64,000 nt of DNA from assembly GCA_964016885.1 (NCBI GenBank), contig OZ024760.1, positions 24,428,001 through 24,492,000 of the forward strand, in the 5' to 3' direction. The translations under genes and the position numbers were made by a program. The stretch's first letter is position 1. Every line of letters starts with the position of its first letter. Shown here piece by piece: positions 27,376-42,937 of this stretch. Source of the DNA: Eledone cirrhosa (taxonomy: Eukaryota). The notes under the pieces are model-generated. The model was not told the DNA's origin. It worked only from the letters and a program-made list of their open reading frames with translations, and searched no databases.

Positions 27376-28115
27376 TTGAATATAGGTTAAGTATTTCGGA
27401 AGAAAGAGCAAAGGAAAACGGAGTGTTCCACGTATAAAACAGAGCTATTTAATTAGAAAGTGAACAACACAATATATAACTAATCCATTACCAAACGTTT
27501 CAAGACCCTGGATAATATTAACATACGTCTAGTTCGCTCATAAGACAGAGGGGTTATATATAAATATATAAGTGGTAACACAACAGTTAGTACATCATAC
27601 CGAGAACAATTCTTTCACCTTAGCGGATCTTCACCTGTAATGGACATGGTTATACGGAGCAGGAAGGACAACCGTATGAACGCGCATGCGCAGAAATGGT
27701 CACTTCACCCAGGCAATACAAAACTGCGTGCGAGATGTGCAAAGAAGATAACTGCGAAAGTTCGAAAGGTTCTAGTTGATAAGAAAATTAGGATTTGCTG
27801 TTAGTGAATCCGGAGCTTTGTAGTTATGTAAGGGGTGTTTCCAGACATGTGGACAACGCGTGAAGAATTCATTTCTTGGTTTATGCAATCGCTATTGCGT
27901 AATCTCTTTAGAATATTTATATGGATCATCAATACATAGTCCTTAGTGATGGCTTTCCATTGAATGGAGTAGTGTATACTTGAGTCCTTGATACGTGACT
28001 CGCGAGTTTCGTGGATGATCATTTATCCGGGTACCTAAAGGTCGACTGATGGTTCAGGAAGCGTTCCTTAAATCGGCCCTCCGCCATACCCACATAGGAT
28101 TTGACCTCCTGTGGT
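27375..28115 (-). pseudogene. Decayed PLE 3' end: GIY-YIG remnant, 3' UTR and degenerate HHR (27600-27640)
   Basis: Minus frames give YVGMAEGRFKERFLNHQSTFRYPDK*SSTKLASHV / IKDSSIHYSIQWKAITK / RNEFFTRCPHVWKHPLHN. The HHR resembles 22342-22382 with C3 changed to G. Confidence 0.8.
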
Positions 28116-28180
28116 TGATTTGGTAACTTCCAAACGACCAAATCAAATATGTTACTCTAAATAAAGCTATATTTAGAGTA

Positions 28181-28220
<40 letters not shown>

Positions 28221-28223
<3 letters not shown>

Positions 28224-28403
28224 AACCAGTAAGACCCCGACAGCTGAGCTCAAGCCGTTTCGACGGCTTGAGCTCAGCTGTCGAAACGGCTTGAGCTCAG
28301 CTGTCGGGGTCTTACTGGTTCCTATTACCCACTCTACTACCTCAAGTATTGAGTACTTTGGTGCCTTATGGTCCACCTGGTTCCTTACCACATTTCCTTC
28401 GTT
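28221..28403 (+). mobile_element. Mini foldback family F copy
   Basis: Inverted arms plus tail. Confidence 0.8.
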
Positions 28404-28631
28404 ATATATATATATATATATATTTATGTATATGTATATTAATAACTCCAGAAAACTTCACTGTAGAGTGCTTTTAATCTATTGTAAAACTATATTCATT
28501 GAGTAATCAATGAACGATATTAATCTTTGGTCATATGTATATATATATATTATGTGAGGGATTGTCTGAGATTATGGCACTGGGTACGGGGAATAATTGG
28601 CATTATAAATATATATATATATATTATATGT

Positions 28632-29020
28632 AAAATAGCTTCTACAGGACTAGAACTGTTTCATTCGTGAGAAATAATCAGGAAGCTGGCTGTCCAAGTA
28701 ATATGGTGGTATTTATTGTTAGCTTAAGTAAACCTTAAAAATAACGAGTGGCACCCCCAGTTTGAACTTGTCTATATAATTCTTTCTGCCTTTGTTACTC
28801 TAAATATAGCTTTTAAAGAATTCCTTTTTCTTTAAACCCATAAACCATTGACCTCCACCCATCCAAATCACCACCCTCTCCTACCAGCAGAAAATATATA
28901 AATAGCACCATATTACTTGGACAGGCAACTTCCTGATAATTTCTCACGAATGAAACAGTTTTACTCCAGTTACTCCAGTAGAAGCTTTTCTATATTAAAT
29001 ATTTATACTCTGCTTTATAT
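28632..29020. mobile_element. Older foldback of the 45865-46105 family with degenerate HHR cores
   Basis: Arms ~28638-28715 / 28900-28986; cores read CUGAUUA and CUGAUAA. Confidence 0.65.
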
Positions 29021-29130
29021 TGAAAATAACCAAATTAAATTAATTCCAAAGTTAAACACATAGGAATATTAGGTTGTTACCAAAGAGCAAGACAGTTGAC
29101 AAGTCGTCCCTAAATATGACTAATAATTCC

Positions 29131-29524
29131 AGGAAAGCCATGAACGACAACACAACTGTTTAACTTTGATTTTGGAAGTAGGTTTATAATTATTAATTTT
29201 CATTATACCTTTGTAGCTGTCTCGGTGGCCTAGTTGGAAGAATCACAGACGGTGGTGATCCTGCTCTGAAGTTCCGTCTTGGTCGGGAGTAAGGTTCCCG
29301 GTAAACATTTTAAGTTTTTTTCCTATGGGATGTAAAATAGAAACCGAAAAAGATTGCATGTACCTCTCGACCAGGATTGAACCAAAGTCCCGGTTTTCCA
29401 CCATCTCTACTACCCACCGCTAGGCCACAGCGACAACTACGAAACTATATTGAAAATGTATACTTATAGGCCTACTTTCAACATTTTTAAAACAAAATCA
29501 TGTGGTGTCGTTCATGTCTTTCTT
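29131..29524. mobile_element. MITE-like element with two inverted tRNA-like modules
   Basis: Termini gaaagccatgaacgacaacac / gtggtgtcgttcatgtctttc. Convergent A/B-box modules at 29213-29289 (+) and 29364-29440 (-). Confidence 0.7.
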
Positions 29525-29648
29525 AATGTTATTGCTCTTACTTAAGGTCGACTTCTAAATCATTTGGGTTGGGTGTTCCATAAACTACATCCTCGTTTTG
29601 TTTCTCATCTATCTAGACTATATTTTAAGCTGTAATCCATGTTTCATT

Positions 29649-29748
<100 letters not shown>

Positions 29749-29797
29749 ATCTCTCTCTCTGCGATATTTGAATCTACTATCATTTGGGCTAACTTTA

Positions 29798-29830
<33 letters not shown>

Positions 29831-29875
29831 CATTTATATATAAATATATATGCATTTACACACACACACACACAC

Positions 29876-29931
<56 letters not shown>

Positions 29932-30037
29932 AATATATATATAAAAGCTGAGAAAATTATAAGTTGGAATGGAAAGACCGATAGAGAAGGAAAGGGACAT
30001 TATGAGAACGTGTGTGTGAGAGAGAGAGTTAGCCAGG

Positions 30038-30083
<46 letters not shown>

Positions 30084-30271
30084 TGGCTGGTATGTAATCA
30101 TCTCGGAACAAGTTTGAAGATGTAATATATGATTGTTAATGTTGGAAATAGTTCGGTCTGAGAGTAAACAGGATATTTCTCTGTCTCCTACTCTACACTT
30201 ATGTTAACCGTTTACAAATGGACTTTTTTATTACTACACACACAGATACACACATATGTATATATATATAA

Positions 30272-30368
<97 letters not shown>

Positions 30369-30437
30369 TATATATATATATAATTATATATATATATATA
30401 AATATTTATATATATATATTTATATATATACATAAAG

Positions 30438-30475
<38 letters not shown>

Positions 30476-30483
30476 ACACAAAG

Positions 30484-30557
<74 letters not shown>

Positions 30558-30561
30558 ATAC

Positions 30562-30611
<50 letters not shown>

Positions 30612-30643
30612 ACATAAAGATATATATCTATATATATATATTT

Positions 30644-30910
<267 letters not shown>

Positions 30911-30931
30911 TATATTTATTTATATAAATAT

Positions 30932-30964
<33 letters not shown>

Positions 30965-31068
30965 AATATATATATAAATATATATATATATAAATATATA
31001 TATAAATATATATATAAATATATATATATATATAAATATATATTTAAATATATATATAAATATATATT

Positions 31069-31106
<38 letters not shown>

Positions 31107-31148
31107 GTTAAATAAAAGTCAAATGATTAAAATTTAGCTTCGTTTATT

Positions 31149-31203
31149 ACTGCTATATATATTTCAGTGACAGCCATCTTTGGCTGTGACCTCTTCAGGC
31201 AGT
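31149..31203 (-). ncRNA. Hammerhead ribozyme in a TA-flanked island
   Basis: ACUGC-CUGAAGA-G-GUCACAGCCA(AAGA)UGGCUGUCAC-U-GAAA-UAUAUA-UA^GCAGU. Confidence 0.8.
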
Positions 31204-31546
31204 TTGAATTAGTATGGTATAGACAAGTACATATGTTATTTAGGTGTATGATATTGTCAATACTCTGATATGCCCAGTTCCTTGTTGGGTTGTTAATTCA
31301 CTGGGGAACTGGAGTCATATGACTCCAGTTAAATATATATATAAATATATATATATATAAATATATATTTAAATATATTTTTATATATTTATATATATAT
31401 ATAAATATATATTTCAATATATATATATATATATATATAAATATATATTTCAATATATATATATATATATATAAATATATATTTCAATATATATATAAAT
31501 ATATATTTCAATATATATATATATATATATATAAATATATATTTCA

Positions 31547-31581
<35 letters not shown>

Positions 31582-31613
31582 TATTTATATATAAATATAT
31601 ATATATACATATT

Positions 31614-31696
<83 letters not shown>

Positions 31697-31699
<3 letters not shown>

Positions 31700-31888
31700 A
31701 ACCAGTAAGACCCCGACAGCTGAGCTCAAGCCGTTTCGACGGCTAATTCTGTCCAGAATTAGCCGTCGAAACGGCTTGAGCTCAGCTGTCGGGGTCTTAC
31801 TGGTTCCTATTACCCACTCTACTACCTCAAGTATTGAGTACTTTGGTGCGTTATGGTCCACCTGGTTCCTTACCACATTTCCTTCGTT
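31697..31888 (+). mobile_element. Mini foldback family F copy
   Basis: Palindrome 31697-31808 plus tail. Confidence 0.85.
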
Positions 31889-31963
31889 ATATATATATAT
31901 ATATATATATATAAATATATATTTAAATATATATATATATTTAAATATATATATATATAGATG

Positions 31964-32014
31964 AGATTCTACAGGACTAGAACTGTTTCATTCTTTAGAA
32001 ATCATCAGGAGATT
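31964..32014 (-). ncRNA. Hammerhead ribozyme (45971 family), stem I partly lost
   Basis: CUGAUGA-UUUC(UAAA)GAAU-GAAA-CAG(UUCUAGUC)CUG-UA^GAAUCU. Confidence 0.65.
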
Positions 32015-32016
32015 CC

Positions 32017-32945
32017 TGCTACGTTCGGTTGTTTGTCGGAGATTTCCCCATAAGAGAATTTATTCTTATAGCTTGCTCGGATTGATTTTGTATATGGTTA
32101 ATTATGCTAATTAGAAGAAGAAATAGTATATATTTTAATACCTGATGATTCTAAAGACATGATTTATGATATAATGCTCTGATTTTTTAATTTTAATTTA
32201 TTAATTCTTCATAGAGCTTAAAAGTGAACAGTTGCAACATATATATATCTTTAACTTTATGTATATGAAAACCTTTATATTTAATAATCTCCCAATAGGT
32301 TGAGATTAAATTTGGCGATATTTGGCTGCGCTTTCTAGCAGCAAGCCTACCCGCCGTAATCAACCAATCACATTCTTTCTCTCTGGCTTACACAGCCACA
32401 TAGCGATTTTTAGCCATTTTTGAATCTAATTTTGGCGGGATCGGATTGAAAAACTAGATGTCTGATTTTGAGTTTGTCTCCTGATGAATCCTGGCTCAGG
32501 ACATTCCTATTATTTGGATGTCCCAAATAAGGAAGAAACCATGGTAGAGATATAATTACGGTATGTGCGCATTTCTTCTAAGTTTAATTTTACAACTAAT
32601 TGTGTATGGTTGATGGTATATTTAGTCAGTTTCTACATGCTGTCGAAATGTTGGATAAATACTCGAACGGGGCCGCCACGAAGAAGCTACGTTCGGTTGT
32701 TTGTCGGAAATTTCTCCATAAGAGAATTTATTCTTATAGCTTGCTCGGATTGATTTTGTATATGGTTAATTATGTTAATTAGAAGAAGAAATAGTATATA
32801 TTTTAATATCTGATGATTCAGACATGATTTATGATATAATGCTCTGATTTTTTAATTTTAATTTATTAATTCTTCATAGAGCTTAAAAGTGAACAGTTGC
32901 AACATATATATATCTTTAACTTTATGTATATGATAACCTTTATAT
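32017..32945. repeat. ~260-bp direct repeat at ~669-bp period
   Basis: gctacgttcggttgtttgtcgga...aactttatgtatatga at 32017 and 32686; related copy at ~54740-54975. Confidence 0.75.
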
Positions 32946-33162
32946 AAATATATATATATATAAATATATATATATAAATATATATATATATAAATATATA
33001 TAAAAATATATATATATATATATATATATAAATATATATATATATAAATATATTTAAAAATATATATATATATAAATATATATATATATAAATATATATA
33101 TAAATATTTATATATATATCTATAAAAGTTTATTAGGTTCACGCTCTTATATGTATATATAT

Positions 33163-33287
33163 GAACAAGTATGACCCCGACGGCAGAGCTCAAGCCGTTT
33201 CGACGGCTATTTCTGGACTGAAAGTATGAAAGTATTGAGGATTTTGGTGCGTTATGGTCCATCTGGTTCCTTACCACAATTCCTTCG

Positions 33288-33289
<2 letters not shown>
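33163..33289 (+). mobile_element. Mini foldback family F copy
   Basis: Inverted arm joined to a partial tail. Confidence 0.75.
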
Positions 33290-33345
<56 letters not shown>

Positions 33346-33509
33346 ATGTATATATAGATATATGTATATATATCTATGTATTCACATATATACTGTATCT
33401 CTCCGCTTCATCCTCTCCTACGATACTTTAAATCTCTTATATACATACATAGATGTACATATTTCTATATATATGTATATATATATATGTATATATATGT
33501 ATATATATG

Positions 33510-33562
<53 letters not shown>

Positions 33563-33732
33563 ATATACACAGACACATATAAAACAATAAATATACATAT
33601 GTACATATATACATATATAAACATATACATATATATGCATATATATATATATAACACGCACGCACACACACACGCACACACCCACACAAACGCTCACACG
33701 CACACACATATATATAGATATATAGGCAAATG

Positions 33733-33777
<45 letters not shown>

Positions 33778-34279
33778 ATATACAGAGACACATATAAAAC
33801 AATAAATATACATATGTACATATATACATATATACATATATGAACATATACATATATATGCATATATATATATATATATATACACACACGCACGCACACA
33901 CACGCACACACCCACACAAACGCTCACACACACACACAGACACACACACGCACACACATATATATAGATATATAGGCAAATAAAACAACACATTTGCTCT
34001 ATAAGAAGTTCTGTTGAAGCAGGCCTCACCTGCTCTTCAATCTACAGTTTCTAGTCTCTTTTCTGAATTCTAAATGTTTTAGCTATACAATCATTACAGA
34101 ATATATTATCATCCCTAGACTTCTATAATAGCTATGTTGAAACTAGCATAAAGAATAGCTATGGAATAAATTGTGATAGTGAAGTTATTAACTCCAGTTT
34201 TTATATATATCTCTGTTGTGTTTCATGTGACTATAGCAGCTGAGATGAACATTTTCAACATGGCTGCCACACTCAAAAT

Positions 34280-35812
34280 AATTGTTTCTACTTTTGACAC
34301 AAGTTCAGCAATTATCCCAGTGCATTACTGGTACTTATATATATCGAATGTATAATGTGGATGTAGCATGTACTGTGGTTTGATATGAAGCCTACTTATA
34401 CCAAACACAACAACACGAACAACAATAACAACAAGACCAACACAAACAACCACATTGAGAATAAAATTAATAATAATTATTTCTACTTTTGGCACAAAGC
34501 CAGCAATTATCCCAGTGCATTACTGGTACTTATATATATTCAGTGAAGGCGCGTGGCTGAGTGGTAAGAGAATTGAATTCGCAATGATGAGGCTGTAAGT
34601 TCGATTCTTGGATCGGGCGATGCGTTATGTCCTTGAGCAAGACACTTGTTCCTTCTCCCTGGAGTTGTGACGGATAGATTGTATTAACAATTGGAAAGAC
34701 CAACGGAAACATTGTTTCCTCGGTCCGATTTGACGAAAGTCGATCGACTATATATATATATTGAATGTAGGAGTGGATGTAGCATCTACTGTGGTTTGAT
34801 ATGAAGCCTACTTATACCAGTCACAACAACAACAACAACAACAACATTGAAAATAAAATTAATAATAATTGTTTCTACTTTTGGCACAAGGCTAGCAATT
34901 ATTCCAGTACATTACTGGTACTTTATTTTACCGACCCCCGTAAGGATGAAAGGCAAAGTTAACCTGGGTGGGATTTGAAATCAGAATGCAAAGGGCCGTA
35001 ATTCTATGTGGCGAATTATTTGGTCTGACGCTATACCGAGTCTGCCAAAATATTTTCTAAATCCATCCAGAGCTAGTCCTCCAATTTGGAGGGTAAAATA
35101 GAATATATCGGCCCCAGTAATTGTCTAGCACTTTAATTTATCAATTCTGCTGTAAAAAAACATCTTACTCGACGCCATAAACGATTCTGAAAACGCATCA
35201 GTCTAAATAATAATTGTTTCTACTTTAGACACAAGGCCAGCAATTATCAGTACATTACTGGTACTTTATTTTATCGACCCCGTAAGGATGAAAGGCAAAG
35301 TTAACGTCGGCGGGATTTGAACTCAGACTGTAAAGGGACGTAACTATGCTAGAAAGCATGGCGTCCAACCCTCTACCGATACTGCCAATTCCACGCCCTT
35401 CTCTAAATAATAATGGTTTCTACATTTGGTACAAGCCCAGCTATTTGGAAAGTCGATTAAATCGGAGGAGAATGTCGACCGAAGTATGTTACTGGTACTT
35501 TATTTTATCCACTCCCGTAAGGATGAAAGGCAAAGTTACCCCGGTTTCTACTTTTGGCACAAAGCCAGCAATTACCCAGTGCATTACTGGTACTTTATTT
35601 TATCGACCCCGTAAGGATGAAAGGCAAAGTGAACCTCAGTTGGATTTGAACTCAGAACGTAAAGGGACATAACTTGATGCCATAACGAAGCACCTTGACC
35701 GACTCTCTACCGATTCTTGCAATCCACCACTCTAAATAATAATTGTTTCTACTTTTAGCACAAGGTCAGCAATTATCCGAGTGTATCACTGGTACTTTAT
35801 TTTATCGACCCC
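34280..35812 (-). mobile_element. Cluster of Nin/Deu-like SINE copies and fragments, plus a plus-strand CORE-like SINE head at 34545-34645
   Basis: At least 7 recurrences of gtttctactttt.gcacaagg...actggtac. Confidence 0.75.
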
Positions 35813-35894
35813 TGTGTGTGCGTGTGTCATTGTGTATGTGTGTATCTGTGTCTGTGTGTGTGTGTCAGTGTGTATATTTACTCGTGTGTCTGTA

Positions 35895-35934
<40 letters not shown>

Positions 35935-35943
35935 TGAGAATGT

Positions 35944-35990
<47 letters not shown>

Positions 35991-36087
35991 AGAATGTATG
36001 TGTGTGTGTGTATGAGAATGTATGTGTGTGTGTCAGTGTGTGTGTGTGTCAGTGTGTGTGTGTGTGTGTGTGTGTGTCTGAGAATGT

Positions 36088-36124
<37 letters not shown>

Positions 36125-36133
36125 TGAGAATGT

Positions 36134-36170
<37 letters not shown>

Positions 36171-36201
36171 AGAATGTATGTGTGTGTGTCAGTGTGTGTG
36201 T

Positions 36202-36238
<37 letters not shown>

Positions 36239-36389
36239 CAAGATGATATACTCCTGTGTTTGAATTGGGGTTGTACCGGTGGTTAAACTCACGTGGTTGT
36301 CATAGAAATAACGGCAACAACGTGAACAACGTCATGAAAGGTCAGTAAGTACAATAAGATCTTAATTATAGTATTGACAGACAATATAT

Positions 36390-37910
36390 AACAACAATAA
36401 CATCAATATCAACCACCACCACCACCACCACCACCACCTCAACAACAACAACAACACCGCCATTATCTCCACCACCACCACCATAACAACAACACCGCCA
36501 TTACCACCACCACCAACACAACTATAACCACATACCACCATCACAGCCACCACACCACCACTACCACCACCACCACCATCACAACCACCACCACCACCAC
36601 CACCACCATTACAGCCACTACCACTACCAACGCAGCTACAACAACACCACCATTACCACCACCACCACCAACGCAACTACAACCACCACCACCATCACAT
36701 CCACCACCACCACCACCACAACAACAACAAGAACACCACCATTACCACAACCACCACAACAACAACAAGAACACCACCATTACCACAACCACCACAACAA
36801 CAACAAGAACACCACCATTACCACCACAACAACAAGAACACCACCACAACAACAACACCACCACCACCACCACCACCACCACCAGAACCTCACCAACCCC
36901 CAGAACACCACCACCACCACCACTACCAGAACCTCACCAACCCCCAGAACACCACCACCACAGCTACCACCACCACCACTAACAACAACATCAACATCAC
37001 CACCACTACCAGAACCTCCCCAAGACCAACAGATCCACCCCACCACCACCACCACCACCACCACAACAACAACAAGAACACCACCACCACCACCACCACC
37101 ACCACCACCACCACCACCACAACAACAACAACAAGAACACCACCATTACCACCACCACCACCACAACAACAAGAACACCACCACCACCACCACCACTACC
37201 AGAACCTCACCAACCCCCAGAACACCATCACCACAGCTACAACCACCACCACCGCTAACAACAACAACATCAACATCACCACCACTACCAGAACCTCCCC
37301 AAGACCAACAGATCCACCCCACCACCACCACCGCCACCACCACCACAACGACAACAACAACAACAAGAACACCACCACCACCACCACCACCACCACCACC
37401 ACCACCACCACAACAACAACAACAACAAGAACACCACCATTACCACCACCACCACAACAACAACAACAACAACAAGAACACCACCACCACCACTACCAGA
37501 ACCTCACCAACCCCCAGAACACCACCACCACCACCACCACCACCACTAACAACAACATCAACATCACCACCACTACCAGAACCTCCCCAAGACCAACAGA
37601 TCCACCCCACCACCACCACCGCCACCACCACCACAACGACAACAACAACAACAAGAACACCACCACCACCACCACCACCACCACCACCACCACCACAACA
37701 ACAACAACAACAAGAACACCACCATTACCACCACCACCACAACAACAACAACAACAACAAGAACACCACCACCACCACTATCAGAACCTCACCAACCCCC
37801 AGAACACCACCACCACCACCACCACCACCACTAACAACAACATCAACATCACCACCACTACCAGAACCTCCCCAAGACCAACCGATCCACCCCACCACCA
37901 CCACCATCAC
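36390..37910. repeat. (CAC/CAA)n-based minisatellite with ~285-bp higher-order unit
   Basis: gaacctccccaagaccaac.gatccacccc near 37011, 37291, 37579 and 37864. Confidence 0.85.
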
Positions 37911-38568
37911 AAATACAACTATTCCGCAATATAATCAGTCTGAGTTTAAGCAGTTATTTCATTAATTAAGTATAATTATTAAATTGATTAGGATTGATTT
38001 CATATGTACTGTGTCTGGAATGAATAATTAGGAATAAATAATAAATGTATATATATATATACGCACATACAATCACAGACAGAAATATATGTGCGTGTAT
38101 ATATGTGTGTATATATATATATATATACACACACACATATATATTTGTCTGTGTTTGTATGTGGGTGTGTGAATAAATAAATAAATAATTATATGTATAT
38201 ATATATATATAATAGATATATATGTAAATGTATATACATATATATATATGTATATATATATGTATATATACACAAACACAATAAATAAATAAATAAATAT
38301 ATATATATACACAATATATATATATATATACACATATATATACATATATATATATACATATATATGTATACGTATATATACACACGCAATATATACATAC
38401 ACACACACACATACATATATAAATATATATAAATATATATATATTTTTATATAAATATATATAAATATATAGATATTTATATATAAATATATATAAATAT
38501 ATATATATTTATATATAAATATATATAAATATATAGATATATATAAATATATATATATTTATATATAA

Positions 38569-38685
<117 letters not shown>

Positions 38686-39171
38686 ACCAGATTTACAATA
38701 CCAAAACAACAAAACAATGTGATTTAATAAAATATAATTATGTTATAATTTCCCCTTGTTTTAAATTTTCGTCAATAAAAAATGGCGTTTTTCAAAAATC
38801 AATGATATACACACATTCATATATATTTTATATTTTTATTGGGCCATCAAGTATGAACCTTGTAGAAATTTGTAGGAAAAATCACAAAATTTTACAAATT
38901 CTATACTTGACGTCCCACAAAAAAATAATTTATTCTCAGGAGACAATGGCCAACTGAAATATTCAATTGTAGTAACCGCAGCATGACAAACTGTCAGCCA
39001 ATCAAATTAGTCGACAATCCCCAGTCATCTTCGCTTGACTCTATAAATCATTGGTTCCAACTGTTTTCAAATCCAAACACCCCTTTGCATTTAAATGGAC
39101 TACCCCCCCCCCCCCCGCGCCGCCGCACGGATTTCTTTGTTTTTTTATTATTGCAATTCTCGTTAGGACGG

Positions 39172-39950
39172 TGGATTGGCAGTATCGGCAGAACGTCGGG
39201 CCGCCATGTTTGCAGCATAGAGTTACGGTCCCTTTACGATCTAAGTTCAAATTCTGCCGAGGTTAACTCTGTCTTTCATCCTTACGGGGACGATAAAATA
39301 AAGTACCAGTAATGTACTGAGATTAATTGCTGGTCTTGTGCCAATTGTATAAACAATTATTATTACAATTCTCTTCAGTGAATTGGCAGTATCGGTAGAG
39401 GATTGGACGCCATGCTTTCTAACATAGTTACGTCCCTTTACAGTCTGAGTTCAAATCCATCCTTACGGGGACGATAAAATAAAGTACCAGTAATGTACTG
39501 ATATAATTGCTGACCTTGTGCCAATTGTATAAACGATTATTATTACAATTCTCTTCGGTGAATTGACAGTATCGGTAGAGGGTTGGACGCCATGCTTTCT
39601 AGCATAGTTACGTCCCTTTACAGTCTGAGTTCAAATCCCGCCGAGGTTAACTCTGCCTTTCGTCCTTACGGGGTCGATAAAATAAAGTACCAGTAATGCA
39701 CTGGGTTTAATTGCTGGTCTTGTGCCAATTGTATAAACAATTATTATTACAATTCTCTTCGGTGAATTGGCAGTATCGGTAGAGGGTTGGACGCCATGCT
39801 TTCTAGCATAGTTACGTCCCTTTACAGTCTGATTTCAAATCCCGCCGAGGTTAACTTTGCCTTTCATCCTTACGGGGTGGATAAAATAAAGTACCAGTAA
39901 TGTACTGGGTAAATGCTGGCCTTGTGCCTAAAGTAGAAACGATTATTATT
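39172..39950 (+). mobile_element. Four head-to-tail tRNA-derived Nin/Deu-like SINEs
   Basis: A box TGGCAGTATCGG, B box GAGTTCAAATCC, cctttcatccttacggggtcgataaaataaagtacc, (TTA)n tail. Confidence 0.85.
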
Positions 39951-40246
39951 ACAATTCTCTTCTGCTTAGCATTCTTATATTGTTTTGACATCCTATTGGT
40001 TCATTAGACAGAGGTAGTTCCAATCCTTTTGTTTTCAAACTAAACAATAACATAGTACGCCTGCTAAACTTAAAATTTTATTTGTCAGTCTTTGTCGTTT
40101 CTTGGTACATATTTAGAAAATTTCATAACAAAAAAAGGAACAAAAGAAAATAATAAGAAAATGTTAAGAAAGTATAGACTGTATGATATCAGCTGTAATC
40201 GTATATCATATAAGAATATATAATGTATGTATGTATGATGTGTGTG

Positions 40247-40277
<31 letters not shown>

Positions 40278-40282
40278 CTGTG

Positions 40283-40337
<55 letters not shown>

Positions 40338-40441
40338 ACATATATACAAATAGTTATATATATATATATATATATATGTATACATATATACAAATAGTTA
40401 TATATATATATATGTATACATATATACAAATAGTTATATAC

Positions 40442-40476
<35 letters not shown>

Positions 40477-40770
40477 TATACATATATACAAATAGTTATA
40501 TACACATATATACATATATATATATGTATATATATATTTATATATATATATATACATATAGTTTTATATACATATACATATATGTACATACATATATACA
40601 TATATATTATATATATACATATATATAAAATATATATACATATATATATGCATGTATATGTATATGTATATATATATGTATTTATATATATATATATACA
40701 TATATTGGTGTATTAAAATTTAATAGATTTCGAACACTCTAAAAATATATTTAGGCACAAACACACAAAT

Positions 40771-40822
<52 letters not shown>

Positions 40823-40956
40823 ACACACACGTGTATCTACGTCTATATATTTATGTATTTGTGCGTTTCTGTGGTATGGATCTCGTTTGTGATTTTCTAT
40901 TTACAATTCAAAAATCGATATCTCTTAACATATACACACATACACACAAGCACACA

Positions 40957-40999
<43 letters not shown>

Positions 41000-41004
41000 T
41001 TACC

Positions 41005-41512
41005 AAAGTTAACCTAGGTGGGATTTGAACTCAGAACGTAAAGGGCCGTAACTCTATGCGTCAAAGCATGGTGTCCAAACCTCTACCAATACAGAATATC
41101 CACCGCCCTAGTGAATTGTAATAATAATTGTTTCTACTTTTGTCACAAGGCCAGCAATTATATCAGTGTATTACTGGTACTTTATTTTATCGACCCCGTA
41201 AGGATGAAAGGTAAAATTAACCTCTGCGGGATTTGAAATCACAACGTAAAGTGCCATAACTCTATGCTGCAAAGCATGGTGTCCGACCCTCTACAGATAC
41301 TGCCATCCACCGAGAATTATAATAATAATTGTTTCTACTTTAGGCACCAGGCCAACAATCAACCAGTGTATTACTGGTACTTTATTTTATCGACCCCGTA
41401 AGGATAAAAGACAAAATTAACCTCTGCGGAATTTGAAATCAGAACGTAAAGTGCCATAACTCTATGCTGCAAAGCATGGCGTCCGACACTCTAGCGATAC
41501 TGGCAATTCTCC
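41005..41512 (-). mobile_element. Tandem Nin/Deu-like SINEs (~2.5 copies)
   Basis: Reverse complement of the 39172 family. Confidence 0.8.
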
Positions 41513-41935
41513 GCCCTGATGCTAATGATAAAAATAACAACAACAATGACGGCAACAACAATAACAAGAACGACAACTGCAGTAAAAATAACAGAAGTAT
41601 TATTATTCCTTTTATATTCAGTCCCTGATACATTTAAACATCAATAGATAAATATTTAAAGAAATTTAAGAAAATATTATATATATATATATTATATATA
41701 TATATATATATATAAATATATATATATATATTATATATATATATAATTATTTATATGTATACATATCTATGTATATATATACATACAAATCTCTCTCTCT
41801 CTATATATATATGTATATATACATTTATATATATGTATATATATACATATGTATATATATACATATATACACATATACATACATATATATATATATACAT
41901 ATATATTTAGATATATATATAATAATATATAATAT

Positions 41936-41983
<48 letters not shown>

Positions 41984-42082
41984 TATATAATTGTTTCTAC
42001 TTTATAATGATATATAATATTACACACATATATATATATATACATATATATATAATGATATTACATATATATATATATAATG

Positions 42083-42137
<55 letters not shown>

Positions 42138-42894
42138 TTATTCTTCAATGTTAAGATACAACGGACTATTGTTTTATACAATAGTTAGAAAGTAAAGATT
42201 TTGTGCATTAATCCGGAAACTAATCCTATTATAATAAGCTAGATGAAGGGCAATGAAAGAGATAGAAAGAATAGATAGAAGGGGGGGGGGGGGGGGTAGA
42301 TAGCCGGATAGATAGAGGGGGGGATAGAGAGGGATATATTTATTTATGTTATACAATATAATATAATATAATGTAGTATGATATATGTATGTGCGTGTAT
42401 ATATATATATATACATATATATATATTTAAATATAAGTATGTAATTACATGCACACACATATATATTTGAGTATATTCATATATAATTATTATATATACA
42501 TATATATATGTATATATATGTATATATATGTTATATATATATATAAATATATACATATATAATTATATATATATATGTGTATATATATATATATAAATAC
42601 ATATATATATAAATACATATATATATATATACATATATATATGTATATATATGTATATATGTATATATATGTATATATTTATATATATGTATATATATGT
42701 ATATATTTATATATATTTATATATATGTATATATTTATATATATATATATAATTATATATGTATATATGTATATGTTTATATATACTTGTATCTATCTAT
42801 CTATCTCTATCTTTCTCTCTCTCTCTCTCTATATATATACATATATATATATATATATGGTTATATGCACACACATTCGCACTCATACACACAC

Positions 42895-42937
<43 letters not shown>

